Shown here: piece by piece, positions 39,443 through 55,480 of the stretch
Numbering within the stretch: position 1 is the stretch's first letter
Layout of the letters: every line of letters starts with the position of its first letter
From: the human T2T-CHM13v2.0 reference genome, Homo sapiens
Reading direction: 5' to 3' (one strand)
Assembly: GCF_009914755.1 (NCBI RefSeq)
Contig: NC_060934.1
Length of the DNA stretch: 64,000 nucleotides
Program-made: the position numbers and the translations under genes
Notes under the pieces: model-generated
The model's database searches: none
The model's input: only the letters and a program-made list of their open reading frames with translations
Told to the model about the DNA's origin: nothing

Positions 39443-40832
39443 TTATTTAAGTATTACCCCCCTCATTATGCACCATTAGTCCTGTCACTGAACCTGCTAT
39501 TCAAGACATCAGCTTTCCATTTTTTGGGCAAGGACATAAGAATTAGTCTGCATTTCTGCTAGATAACTCAAGTTTTCAAGACTGACTGGTAGAACACAGA
39601 CTAGTTGATTTTTATATACAGTCTTGTCTCAGAATAATTCTAAGACTTCTCTTTTAGAGTTTGGATCTACTAATCGTATAGATAATATTTTGGTCATGCT
39701 AGTTCTTAGAGAGCAAGGAAGGGACACAACTGTTTATATTTATCCTAAGAATAATTAACAATGGGCTTATTATAACAAAGGGCTTTGTGGGAAACAAATT
39801 AAATGGCTGTCACAATGGTACAAGCCTGAACTTATTGATTGAACAAACTGAACGCTGTCTGGAAACGCTGGATTTCTGTCTGACCCTGAAAGAATTAGTT
39901 ATCTTCAATCCAAATTGCATTTTGAGCTCTCTGAAATCACAAGAAAAAATACTGTTTCTAAAACTAAAGTAATCCACGTTCTTATCTTAAATCTCTATTT
40001 CTAAAATCACCAGGTTTTTCCCACTTTTTAAAGTTAATTTATTCTGACAAGAAAGCCCCGGGATTTCAGAGCTACTGAGATGTAATGATAGACACTGTGA
40101 TTTTTTTTAAAAAATATGTTACTATTTGTTCATGCTTGAGTTAAAAAAATTAGTCAATGGAATGCTAGTTAATTTTTGGATATTCTGTCTTTCAGTAACA
40201 GGTGTCGTATTTGAGAATATAACATCAGTGATTTTATCCAACTGTATGTTTCTACATCTTAAAATGTTTCCTGTCAATGTTATTTCACTTAATAAAAACA
40301 AACTATTTTTATTCTAATGAAAAACAGTTTTGATGCCAAAAAGACTTAGTCACAATGTAGAAAACTCAGACATCCTAAAACCTGCTGATTTTCCCCTTTC
40401 TGAATTTCCATGCTAATTTATTATACATACATCTCTCTAGGAAGTTTTAATTAGATATTAAAAATTTTGACATTTGACAAATATTGGGATAAAACTATTC
40501 ATTTTCATATTTAATAAAGCTCTTATACATTGGCAGCTTTTTTATAAACTTGACATTTAAAGGAAGTAATATTTATATTTGGAAAATGACAAGCTTGACA
40601 TAACTGGATCCTGGTGAAGAGGTAGCTAATTGGCATAGACTGTGGTGGATCTCCTGCTGAGTGCTTGGATTAATAAAAGCTTTCTTTGGTGTCAAAGTAA
40701 TTCTCTGGTGTCCTTAAATGCAACTGTTTCTTAAAAATCTCCAAAGATTTTAGTGTTGAAATAGTTCTCTAGTACTTCTAATGCTGCTGACAAAAACAAA
40801 ACAAAACAAAAATACAAAAACATAAAACAAAA

Positions 40833-41785
40833 CTTTTAATTATAGAAACTTTCAAATGTACGCAAAAATAAGCAAACAATCAATGAAACTTCCTGTCCCA
40901 TCACCCAGCATCAACACCATTAACCAGTCATGACTAATCCTGCCCCATCCACGTCCCCAGCCTTTCCCCGACTTCTCATATTTGCTTTGAAACAAATCCC
41001 AGATATAATATCATTTCATTGTGAGGTTGTTGTGAGGATTAACTAAAAGCATGCCTATCATATGGGTCTCTAAAAGATGAGTTCCCTGTTACTCTCACCA
41101 TAATTACAATGCCAATATCACACCTAAAAACTAATAAACTCTTAGTATCACAGAATTTTGAGTCAGGGTTCAAATTTTCAATTATCTCCAAATTTATGAC
41201 ATAGTTTAACATGTTTTTCTAACCTATCTCTGTAGTTTCTGTAAGTTGGAAGTTGGATCTAAACTCTGGATCACGATTCTGTTTTGTGTTTTTGTTCTTG
41301 TTTTTTATTGATGAGATTATGTCATAGCTATATTCGTTCTTCCTTTGAGGAGGCATATAATTTCTCACTTTCTTTTTTGTGATGCAGTTCACGCTTAATG
41401 TCTAGATCCATTTGCTCATTATTAGTTCAGATGTTCAAATTCTTGATTTATTACCTGGAATACTTCTACCAAGAGAATTTATGGAATTAAATAATTTTGT
41501 ATGTTTTAATTCACTTTAGTTCTTATTAATGCCTGAATTGTTCCAACTTAGACCAGTGGGAGCCTATTCAAGTTTTATTCTGAGTTTTTCTATAGATCTA
41601 GTAGTCTTTAACAGCTTTATTATTATCAGATATGATAAGATGGTCCAGACTTATCTTGTATATTTCATGACTCAGGCCTGAATCAGCTATTTCTTCAATG
41701 ACCCTTAATTCCTTTCAGAAGGAAATAGTGTTTAGAGATGCACAATCTGGGCACTAGGGTTGTCCATTGCTACTGGGTTGGTTGG
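40833..41785 (-). mobile_element. L1MC4/L1MC5-type 3' region
   Basis: ttttaattatagaaactttcaaa...cccatcacccagc...tttgaaacaaatcccaga...ccagacttatcttgtatatttc...gaatcagctatttcttcaa...ctgggcactagg. Confidence 0.75.
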
Positions 41786-41786
41786 C

Positions 41787-42142
41787 TTCCTTCCTTCCTC
41801 GCTTCCTCCCTTCCTTCCTTTCTTGAGACCAAGTCTCACTCTGTCACCCAGGCTGTAGTGCAGTGGCGTGATCTCAGCTCACTGAAACCTCTCTGCCTTC
41901 TGGGTTCAAGCGATTCTCCCACCTCAGCCTCCAGAGTAGGTGGGATTACAGGCATATGCCACCACACCCAGCTGATTTTTGTATTTTTAGTAGAGATGGG
42001 GTTTCATCATATTGGTCAGGCTGGTCTCGAACTCCTAACCTAAAGTGAGCCAGACTGGTCTCAAACTCCTGATATCAAGTGATCTGTCTGCCTCGGTCTC
42101 CAAAAGTGCTGGGATTACAGGTGTCAGCTGCCGCACCCAGCA
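41787..42142 (-). mobile_element. Alu (AluS) with an internal 34-bp tandem duplication
   Basis: (CCTT)n tail. caggctggtctcgaactcctaacctaaagtgagc is followed by cagactggtctcaaactcctgatatcaagtgatc. Confidence 0.94.
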
Positions 42143-43194
42143 TCTTGGTCATTGTTTCTAAGCCTCATTAACACATTAGAGTTTTTAAACATGTTTATCT
42201 TTTTCCCTTATGTTATTTACAAATTAAATATCAGCTGTTTGTTTACATGTACATTTTTTACTTGTAAGACTTGCTTGACCCAGGAGAGATATAAAGCAGC
42301 GTACATTTCACAAGAGTGTTCATTGGCACAGATGAAATTAGAAGACAGCATTTCAAGCCATATTAAAACATTTTGCAACAACATCTTATATGTTTAAAAT
42401 TCTATGTCTCATATTTGAACTACAAATAAATAAGCAATCTTTTGAGTTCAATTTCTCCTGAAAATCATTTCTAATAAATAGATGTATATGCTGGGAAATA
42501 CACAATAGCTTAATAATTATGTGAATATATTAGTGAATTAGAATCCACTGGTGAATTAGTCACCATTTTTCTAATTAGAGTGTGAAATCTTAATTTTTTG
42601 GAGTCTGATTAACTGATAATAGCTATGTCATGATGTTCATGCAAAAACCTGTCTTGATGAGCATTGCAATATAAAAAGTACCAGTTAATAAGCAAAATGA
42701 AAACAAAAGAAAAACAAGTACTCATTATTTTCCCTTCAAAATTTTCTGAGCACCTGATAAAATATGACAGTGAAACTTCAGATACATCAACAGCAAAATT
42801 AGTATTACCAGATATTGTCTTAGCTTTTTGTACAATTAAAGGCTCAGAAAAAAATGTATGCTGAAGAAGAGTTGAATCTGGATATCCACAACTAAGAAGA
42901 TAGACAACTGAAGCAAGTTATTCAGTTTATTTAGAAAAATTAAAAAAATTAATCAGTTTTTCATTAAACTTGACTTGTATAATATGCATAACATCAAGTA
43001 TTAAGCCTGAACTCTTAAGTATTGTAATTTCCAAAAAATCCTGTTGGGGTGGGAGTAGGGGAATGACTGTGTGTCACTAGAAGCTTTGTAAAATCATAGA
43101 GTATAGCAGTAGAATAAATTCTATTCAGCCACAGAAAAAAATGAGGCAGATCTATGCTATGGAAATCTCCAAAGTTTAGTACAGTTTGTTGGTT

Positions 43195-43370
43195 AGATAC
43201 ATGGGCTGTGGAGCAAGTCTTCAATCTTGACGCTATTAGTACAACCTTGAGCAAGCTATCTAATTATTTTAGATCTCAGTTTTCTTAATCTGTAAAATAA
43301 ATGTTATAATAATATATACCTCTGAGGGTTGTTGTGAGGATTAACTAAAAGCATGCCTGTTGTATGATAA
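43195..43370 (+). mobile_element. MIR SINE
   Basis: accttgagcaagcta...ctcagttttcttaatctgtaaaat...tacctctgagggttgttgtgaggatta. Confidence 0.8.
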
Positions 43371-44239
43371 ATATTTAGACTAGCTTTCTCCTCCTCTTCC
43401 TCTAACCCTCTTCTTCTTTCTCTTTTTCATCTTTGTCCTTCCGCTTCGCATTTTTTTATCTTACATCATCATCATCTTGCTGAATAAAAACTGGAAGCTT
43501 TATATAATTGTTTTTAAGGCAGGATCTATTTGTGTTAATCAAAGCATGTTGATATATATTTACGTATATAAGCTTATATACTTACATCCGTAAACATTTA
43601 TGGACAGTTACATTAAAAACAATTAAGAAGAGCTTACCTCTGGAGAGCAAATCTCTTAAAGAAGGAAAGGGGAGAGAGGAAAACACTTGATATATTATAC
43701 TTTCTCTTGTTTTAGGCTTGAACTTTGTATCTCCATGTATTTTTTAACTAAAAACAGTATAAATTTAAAAATAAATAATGTAATATATTTAATAAATCAG
43801 CTATATTTGGTCTTAATGATGAGGCCAGCCTAATGAAAGATGGACAAAATAGGTGCCTAGATGAAATTATTCAAAGTACTTATATATGGCCACTTCTCTA
43901 AATTATCTTGTCTACTTGCCCACTTAATTCAATGAAATTCTTCTACTAGAAGCTCATTCCTTGGTGTTAATATTTTCCCTTTTTACAGAAAGAAAAATAA
44001 ATTAAAAACTTTTGGAGAAGTTAATTTAAGAGAACCATTAGTTATTGGCATTAAAATATAAATTCTTTTTTTAAAGTGGTCTTCCAGCCCATAATATATA
44101 TCTGCTACACTGCTCTCTGATAGAATGGATGTTCAGATTGTTGGAGAGCCAGTGAGTTATGAGATCAAGATAAAAAAAAAAAAAAAACTGGGGTGAAGCA
44201 TACTGAAATGAGATTGCAAGGTGTCTACAAACGGAAGGT

Positions 44240-44400
44240 TTTCTGATCCAACAGTCTAGACTTAAAATCTCAGCTCTGCCCAATGAAGTGATGTGTAGCC
44301 CTGAAAAAGTCACACTTAACTTTTCAGACACTTTTCTTCATCAATATAATTGAGACAAAAAGACTCACATTTCATGGAGGTTTGTAAGGACCTAATTCAG
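44240..44400 (+). mobile_element. MIR SINE
   Basis: aaatctcagctctgcc...gtcacacttaacttttc...ttttcttcatc. Confidence 0.6.
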
Positions 44401-45054
44401 TATTTGAACTTGCCTAACATGAGCCTCCAGTATACTGTTCATTGTTATTTTAGTAGGAGGGAAGCAGCGTCCAAGGACACTCCTGGCTAAATCACTAAAC
44501 AACTAAGCGAACTTGGCTTTGCCATTTATCGTTTTTGTATCTCCAGTTACTCATATAAAAGCAGAGCTGGGTTGTGAATGATCATTAAGTTTTCCTGAAT
44601 CAAAATTCAATGACTAATTGTTTGATAGTATTGTACTCTAACACAGTCTCAAAATTTTGTCACCTCAAGAGGAACTAACTGTAACCCTAACCTTTCTCGT
44701 TGTTGATTTTTTAAGTCACTTGGTCTTTATAAAAGAAGAACTCTTGATAATAAAAATGCTCAATCCATTAAAAAATAACATATAACTGCCACTACCTCTT
44801 AAATATTTAATTGTTTAGTATTTTAGAACATTATAAAACCACCTAATGGTTTACCTAATTTATCTGATAATTTATAATTATTTGCCATAATGATACATTG
44901 CACAGTATGTTTTCATCTGATGTCTGCATTCCAGACTTAAAAGTCCATGCCCTATTTTCAACCATGTTTCCCTTTGTGATAAAATTATCTTTCTCTGTAA
45001 TAAAAATCATTTTTCCTTTTAGGTTATAATTTAAGAAATTACATTTTCTGGTTA

Positions 45055-45082
45055 CACATACACACACACACACACACACATA
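45055..45082. repeat. (CA)n microsatellite
   Basis: Read directly. Confidence 0.9.
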
Positions 45083-45935
45083 TGTAATGTTTAAAAATCT
45101 ACCACAATGATTTTTAAACTATGTAATCTTTCATGTCTATCATTTATTATTCAATAAATATTTATGGGATGCCTCCCCTGAACAAGGCCTAATTTCAGAA
45201 ACTTTGGAGGATAAATGATAAGTCATACAAAAATCTAACACTTAGAAAGTTTTAAGTCTTGATAATGAGATGAGATGCACATATCTCTATCTCCACCGCT
45301 ATCCAAAGTAAACTTCAAAGAAAATCATGAATTTTTAATGAAACAGAATTATTTTGAACAGACTATTAATTCTTAATTTAAGCTGTGGTGCTGAATCATA
45401 TGACACTGTATATTGCCTGCACTGGTTGAAAATCATAATCAAGTAAGGAGAATTTGCCTAAAGAGTGCATAGTTCATTTAATACAGTAGTCATGATATAT
45501 TAATTTTTATTCTCTCTCTTTTTTTAAACTCAGAGTACTCACTAATCTTCGCAGTGTTCCTGTAAACAGAAAGAAGGCAGGTGGCACTAGATATTTTTTC
45601 TCTAATCATCTTTTCCTGCTGGACCTAGAGTGGCTGAAAATGACAATTTGCTCTGTAAATATTTTTCTTTGAACATTTTTTTTTAACTGCCAAGTGACCT
45701 CAGCATTACCAATAAGGGTTTTGTTCAGTGACGTTTAATATTCAATTACGGAAACATATGTCACTTTAATGTCTAAACTTCATCCTTCTCATAAAAAGTT
45801 TGTGGAGCACAGAAGGAAAACAGAGCATTTCTAGGAATTAACTATGTCACATGGAGGAAGTAATTATATTCCAGTAGGTGTATTTTTTCATCATGTTTGC
45901 AGTAAATTATGTCCACAGCAAGAATGCCCAAAGTA

Positions 45936-46058
45936 GGCCGGGCATGGTGGCTCATGCCTATAATCCCAACACTTTGGTAGGATGAGGCGGGCGGAACACG
46001 TAAGTCCAGGGGATTGAAACTAAACCCCGTCTCTATAAATAAATAAATAAATAAGACC
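45936..46058 (+). mobile_element. Alu left-monomer-only element (FLAM-like) with (TAAA)n tail
   Basis: ggccgggcatggtggctcatgcc...aaaccccgtctcta(taaa)n. TSD agaatgcc(c/t)aaagta at 45921-45935 and 46059-46073. Confidence 0.88.
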
Positions 46059-46578
46059 AGAATGCCTAAAGTATCTATAGAAGGCCTAATTAATCAATAT
46101 ATGAATTGGTGATCAGTTCTGCGTTTTTGGCGCTACATTTTTGCCCTTTGCCCCTAGGATTCAAATGCAGATTTCAAGTTTTGGTAGATAGTCATAGAAA
46201 ATAGGAGCTCCTACTTTCTTTTTCAAAACCAGTAATTCGCTTTCATTGTATGCAGAGCAAAAGGAATCCATGATGAGTCATTGCTATTTTAAAGAGAAAA
46301 AATAATCACTAGATAGTAGTATATTCATTGTTGATATATTAAGCACTTTGGATGCCTTCTTTGTACAACCAGTCTTATTTAATTAAGCATAATGATTTAA
46401 TTTTTTTTTTCTTCTGAGAGTGATCCCCAAAGTATCTTTATAATCATTTTCAGTTAAGGTGAACCCTTTAGTTGCTAAAGAACATGCTTGCTGAATTTGT
46501 TTCCCCACAGATAAGTAAAATATGCCTTTCTGTGTTATTATTCTGAAGGTAAATTAACACTTAAATAGGGCATATTCG

Positions 46579-46950
46579 TGTCACCGATAGAGAGTCGTGA
46601 CTGCAAGTTGCCCAGGTTCTTGGTGTTTTGAACAAAGAATTGGACAAAATGCTCAGCGAAGCAAGGAAAGAATGAAGCAACAGAAGAACGAAAGCAGGGA
46701 TTTATAGAAAACGAAAACACACTCTATAGTGTGGGTGCAGACCCGAGCAGTGGCTCAAGGGCCTGTATAAACAATCTTCTTGGGTTCAAATATCTCCTAG
46801 AGGTTTCCCATTGGCCACTTCATGCTCACCTCATGTAACTGAAGTGGTAGCCCGCAATCAGTCTGATTGGTTGCAGAAAGCAGCCAACTAGAGGCTGAAA
46901 TGAAGTTACAAAGGTCACATTCCTGTGCAAACATCTGATTGGTTGCAAAA
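46579..46950 (-). mobile_element. MER51-type ERV1 LTR, truncated
   Basis: tgtcacc...ccaggttcttggtgttttgaacaaagaattggacaaaa...ccattggcc...ctgattggtt...gaggctgaaatgaagttacaaag; several CCAAT boxes. Confidence 0.85.
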
Positions 46951-47739
46951 CATTAAACCAAGTATATGGCCCTTTTTAGTGAAGAGTCCTGTGAGACTAC
47001 GTAGGTCTCTTGCCTATGGTGCCGGCCCGAGAGTCACCATCTTCTCTCTAGGTCTAACTATCCTCATCTCTCAGCCTCTGGGTTAAGGCTTTTTCTTTAG
47101 TGAACTGGAATAGACCAACAACTCCTAGAGGTCAGAATTTTACCAACCAGTATAAAGCATAGCCCTGGTATTCACGAGGTGCTCAGGAGAGAACCTATCC
47201 AGCCTGCCGTGCTTTTTCCCTCTTGTGGAATCTGGACTTGTTTTCTCTTCAGTCCATTTGCTGCTTAATCGTGTACCATGTCATGAAACCTCATGGTTTT
47301 TGTTGAATTGGAATCTTGGCTCTCTAATATTGTTTTACTTTTTATCTCATCTCAATTGTGTACTCCTTGATAAGAGTCCCTTTCCTAGAATCATTATATC
47401 CCCTACATACTAAGCATAGTATCTTTTCATGTGAGTTAGAGAAAAAATTTTCTTGTATAACCGTTGACAAAATTAATTAGCAACGCTAAAACCAATGAAA
47501 ACACATTACTCTTAGTTCTTAGAGTATTAAAGAATTCAGTGTTGACTTTCAAACTATTATCTTTGCCTTATTTGTTAATGTATTGTAATTGAAACTAATT
47601 AATTTTAAATCTAAGCTTTAATCATGTAACATAACATTTCCTAGAGTGTGTTCCATGGGATATTGATGAGCATTATGTAGGTTTCTGTGATCAAATAAGT
47701 TTGGGAATATTTTAGAAAATAATAATATCACTAACACTG

Positions 47740-48896
<1,157 letters not shown>

Positions 48897-49609
48897 CTTA
48901 CTTCTAATAAACAGTAAATATTTGAATGATAGCATCATTAACAACAACAACTTTGTGTCCTGTAAAGCTTTTAATAGATGTGTTCCATAAATACTTAAAT
49001 TGAATTACATTATTTAGTTTAGAGAAGAGATTTCCAGCTCAAACTTTATCATTAGCTTTAAATTTGTCTATGTATTTAACAAGAATTGAGTTTCTGCTGT
49101 TAGTAATAACTTTATTTTAAGAGATATCTTCTTCTGGAAAGAAAAGCTTTAGGCTTAATATAAAACTGGCCACAACTGAACTATAACCACAAAACTATTA
49201 TATATATTATACTATTACAACTCCTTTGATAGTTAACGAAAGGATTCCGATATAATAGCACTAATGGAATGATGTTAATATTTTTTGTTTAAGGAAATAA
49301 TCACTAATGTTAGTTAAGTGATTTCTGACACAAATTAAAAAAAAAAAGCTGTCTCAGACTTATTCTTTAAAGTATAGGGAAATTGATTGGCTTGTAATTG
49401 GAAATTCAAAGGTAGGGTTAACATCCTCAAACTGCTGGCTAAACAAGTTTAGCATCTCTTAAATATAGATTTTAGAAAAAGAGGGAAAGAGTCATTACCA
49501 GATACTTTGGAGGGAACATCAAGAAAGAACTTTTCCAGAGCTCCTAGCAAAGCACTTCTCATGTCATCGATCCCATTTCTTTATAAAATTTTTTGTCATT
49601 TGGCCTTTT

Positions 49610-51560
<1,951 letters not shown>

Positions 51561-53589
51561 TAAGGAAAGAAAAACACACACACACACACAACCAAACTCA
51601 GGAGGCTGCTTATTAATAGAATCTACCATATCTTTAAAATAAGGTTTTCCTTGTGTCATCTCTGTGAATTTAAACCTATTTTAATAGCTAAAAATGGACA
51701 GTTGGATAACATATTCTTCATACTTTTTATATTTTTAAAAGTTAATAAATCACCTATTTATTCTTTTACTCAGATTTGGATAATTCCAAATTTTTTGATT
51801 AATGTTTAAACTTTAATTATTTTGGTTTCTCATCTCTGTTCACTGTTCTAAATTTCTCTGCACATTTTAAGCATGAGGAAGCTGACAGTGTACACAAATA
51901 CCCTCCTACTGGGTGCATGTCTTCTTGTTAGAAACAAAACAATCAAGAGATTTCAATAAGCTTTTCAATCTTTTGTGAGGAAATTATTTCAGCCCAGTTT
52001 AGAATTTCTGTATTTTTCCTCCCATCTTGGGTTACTTGTTAGACTCTATACAAGTGTGTAAATCTTGATTGGAGAAGACACTGCTGATGGTGCACATGAT
52101 TTATTATAACCGTGAAATTAAGTCCTGGGCCACATGCCCAGTATCTAAACTAAATCAAGGAGGGCTTAATTGAAATTAGGCAGTGAGCCTGGAAGAACTT
52201 TACTTTGTTCATTCTCAAGTTTCCAAATCCACTGGATTCATGTTTCATAGAAATCTGAATTTGGGGGTCACAGGAAGAGAGAAATTTAATATTAAAAATA
52301 TACTGGTTATACATAAGATTCTGTAGCAAATGAACCTAACCAGGAAAATATAGGTTCAAGGAGTAGGAAATATATGTCCAGCATATAATGGATACTTTGT
52401 AAACATTGAATGGTAGGATACTTTTCAGGTTAAATTATGTACAGTGTTAGAAAATATTTGCAATACTTAATCAGAATATAGAAAGATCAGGAAATAATTC
52501 AGCACATTTAGAATCTTTATTTCAAATGAGAACAGCAGGCCATGACAGAATATAGACCTTCATGATTCTACAGACGATAAAATTCTGTACTTGGATTGTT
52601 TTTTCAGGAAAAAAAAATATATATACTTTTAAGCCCTCTATGACTCAGAATTTTAAAAGTGGGAATCTATTAAGTCTCATTCTACTTTAGTCTCTCATTA
52701 TAATGGAAAACTGGATTAAATAACAGAATACTTTCAACTACTTAGTGATAAATACTGTGCAATAGGTTGTTTTTATTCTTTCAGATCATTCCCTGGAGAC
52801 ACCAGTAACCTAACTACTTGAGAATTAGCATAGAGATGTGATGTTAAAACTTTGAAAATCAAATTCCTATCACGAAATATTGGGGATAATAGACAGATAC
52901 TGAGTAAGAACAGGTAAATACTGCTTAATTCTACCTGTAATTCTGTTTAAATTTTCAAGTGCTGGGAGATTTGGAGTCTTGGAGACATGATTCATTTTTA
53001 AAAGTCAGGTATGAATATATTCAATTATTAGGGATGGAGTCTTGAATAGAACAGAATGTAAGCAACATCTAGGCACTGAGTTTGAGATGTACAAGAAAAG
53101 AACAGCTATCATATTCACTTCAAAGCAAGTGTTTTACTGTCATAATAGATTATACAACTTTTTCAACCACAAACTTTATTCTCAAGTCCATGATTCTTAT
53201 GAGATGTAACTAAATGTTCTTGTTAAGTGAACTTTTCTCTTCAGAAATACCAAAATACTGTTGTATGATGCATTTTTAACCCAGTTAGTGTAGTAGGCAA
53301 TGAACCACAGGGTATCAGGAATTAATATTTTCTGAAAATTCCTCCTTCTCACTGCCTCTAGTTTTGATCACACTTGGTCGTGCTCTCTGACGTCCCCAAT
53401 ATGTGCACATCAATTCATTCATTCAAAAAACTTTGTATTGAGAGCCCATCATGTATAGTGTGTTATGTGGAAACAGAGCTAGGTAGGACTAATTTATCTT
53501 TGTATTTCCAGTGCCTGAAACATTAGAAGGCCTCAGGAAGTGTTTGCTACCCTAAACTGATTCTTTCACCGCAAAGTATTTGTGTAATT

Positions 53590-53875
53590 CAAACTCTCTT
53601 AGTCCTCGCCTTGGCTATAATGGCCTCCTAACTCATGTTCATTTGCCTACTCTCTCTTTAATTCATCTTAAACACCACTCCCAGATTCTTCCTAAAGCAT
53701 AACTGTAATCATGTCATCCCCTGCGCAAAAACCTTAATGGCCCTCTTATCTCTTCAGAGTAGTATTCATTTTCCTTCCTCAAGATACTCAGAGCCTTCCA
53801 CAACTTGGCACCAACAAACCTTTTCAACAGGACTCCTTATCATTTGCCTTCACACATCCTACATGCTAGTGTCAA
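53590..53875 (+). mobile_element. L2 LINE fragment
   Basis: aatggcctcctaact...cctaaagcataactgtaatcatgtcatcccctgcgcaaaaaccttaatggc...gccttccacaacttggc. Confidence 0.7.
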
Positions 53876-53889
53876 TTAGATTGGTAGCA

Positions 53890-54130
53890 TAGAGTAAGGC
53901 AAATTTAAGAGTACAGACTCTGAAAGCTTCGTGACTATGAATCTTGACTTTTCTGACTTGGCACTGTGTGGCCTTGGGCAAGTTACTTGAATTCTCTGTG
54001 CCTCAGTTTTCTCACCTGTAAAAGAAGGATACTGATAACTCCTACTGCATAGTTATTGTGATAATAAAATGGATTAATATATGTCAAGCATTTATAATAG
54101 AGCTGGGCACATGTTTATTAGGTAGTAGGT
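53890..54130 (+). mobile_element. MIR SINE, near full length
   Basis: ctgtgtggccttgggcaagttacttgaattctctgtgcctcagttttctcacctgtaaaa...atagttattgtgataataaaatg. Confidence 0.9.
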
Positions 54131-54954
54131 GGTGTCTACTGTTATCTGTTTTCCCCTTTAAGCTTTGCTCATGTTGTTTCCTCCATTTGAAAAGCCCAGT
54201 TTACTCCTTTACTCTCATTGTTTTATATGCATGTCCAAATTCTACCTATCCTTCAAACTCTCATTTATATGGTTTTTTTGTTTATTTGTCTGCAGTCTAT
54301 ACACTTAGCCACTAAGCTCAATTGCTTCTGCCGTAACAACAGAAAAATTATTCTCATGATAAAAATCATTTTGTTTTCAGATGAAATATAGTAAGCATGG
54401 ATACAGAAATTTGGGGTCATGGAATAACTCCAATGACAATGTTCATTGTATGCAGGGCAATGCAGAGTGGAAGATTATGAAAATAAAAGTCAGATTTGCA
54501 ATCTCTGAGCACCTGTCTTAATAATTATAAGAATCAAACTGTCCTTGTGCCCCAGGATCGTGGAGTGATTCAGAAGGTTTTGTAGTAAAGTGCCATCAGC
54601 ATTCTTTATTTTGTGGTCAAAGAGACATTTAAATATGCCTTTCTTTCACCTTGAGAATTATGGCCCATTCTTCAAACACTCAGCATACCGTTAAGCAGTT
54701 TATGGAGTGGAACATTTTTGATTCACTGAGAGGTGGTTTGTGAAGAAATTTTTAGCCATGAGTTTCCAGTTATATTGGAACCCATTTTTAACAGGCTTCC
54801 AACAGGAGAATAAAGTAGAGACTTCCTGGTGAGATTTAGCAGACGGGACTGTTCTGCTGTGCAGAATTATATCTTCCCTCTCATTGCTTGAGGACTCCAG
54901 GGTACTGGGCTCCAGTGAAAAGCAAACAAAGTGTTTGTCCAGAAGAAAGAAATG

Positions 54955-55480
54955 GAACGTGTCCTAAACAAGTTTTTTGATTGCAGAAAAAGAAATCAAC
55001 TTTAAGAAATAAGCAAAAAGGAAAAAATTGCAAACACATTGATAGAATCAACAGCTGGTTATAAGACCAGGCTCATGAATGAACTGGATTAAAAAGAAAC
55101 ATGAGATCCTTGGAAGCAGGAAATACGGATTTATCTGTTAACAGAAACTATCCCATTGGCAAGCAGTACAGTGAATTATATTCAACTGTTACTTTCATCC
55201 TTGCACTACTGGATCAAGATTTTATCTCCTGCAAGTGAGACTCTCTTTATGACAAGTCTAGGTCATGCACCCACTCGCCATATCTATTGACAAAGGGAGA
55301 AAGAGGATCTGGCCTCTCTGCCACCCAATGCAGAAAGAAGGCAGTCACCTAGATTAAAATACTCCTTTCTCTCCAGGATTACCATAATAGGGCAGGGCAG
55401 TCACAGTGCTCTGAGGGTGGGAGAATAGACATAGGGCAGGCACAAAATGACAAATGTCCCTTCCAGATCCTAGGGGGCAG
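54955..55480. mobile_element. Ancient MaLR LTR (MLT1-type), degraded
   Basis: ttgattgcagaaaaagaaatcaact...taagcaaaaagg...gtctaggtcatgcacccac motifs; boundaries approximate. Confidence 0.4.

Noticed and set aside
43625-43650. Minus-strand donor-like GAG|gtaagc
   Set aside because: Lies in what looks like an old L1ME/MC 3' UTR motif (ttacctctgg), with no matching acceptor.
46270-46285. AP-1 site TGAGTCA and others scattered through the window
   Set aside because: Frequency is consistent with random expectation for a 7-mer.
54381-54521. Acceptor followed by a 46-codon ORF (MKYSKHGYRN...)
   Set aside because: No recognisable peptide and no convincing donor.
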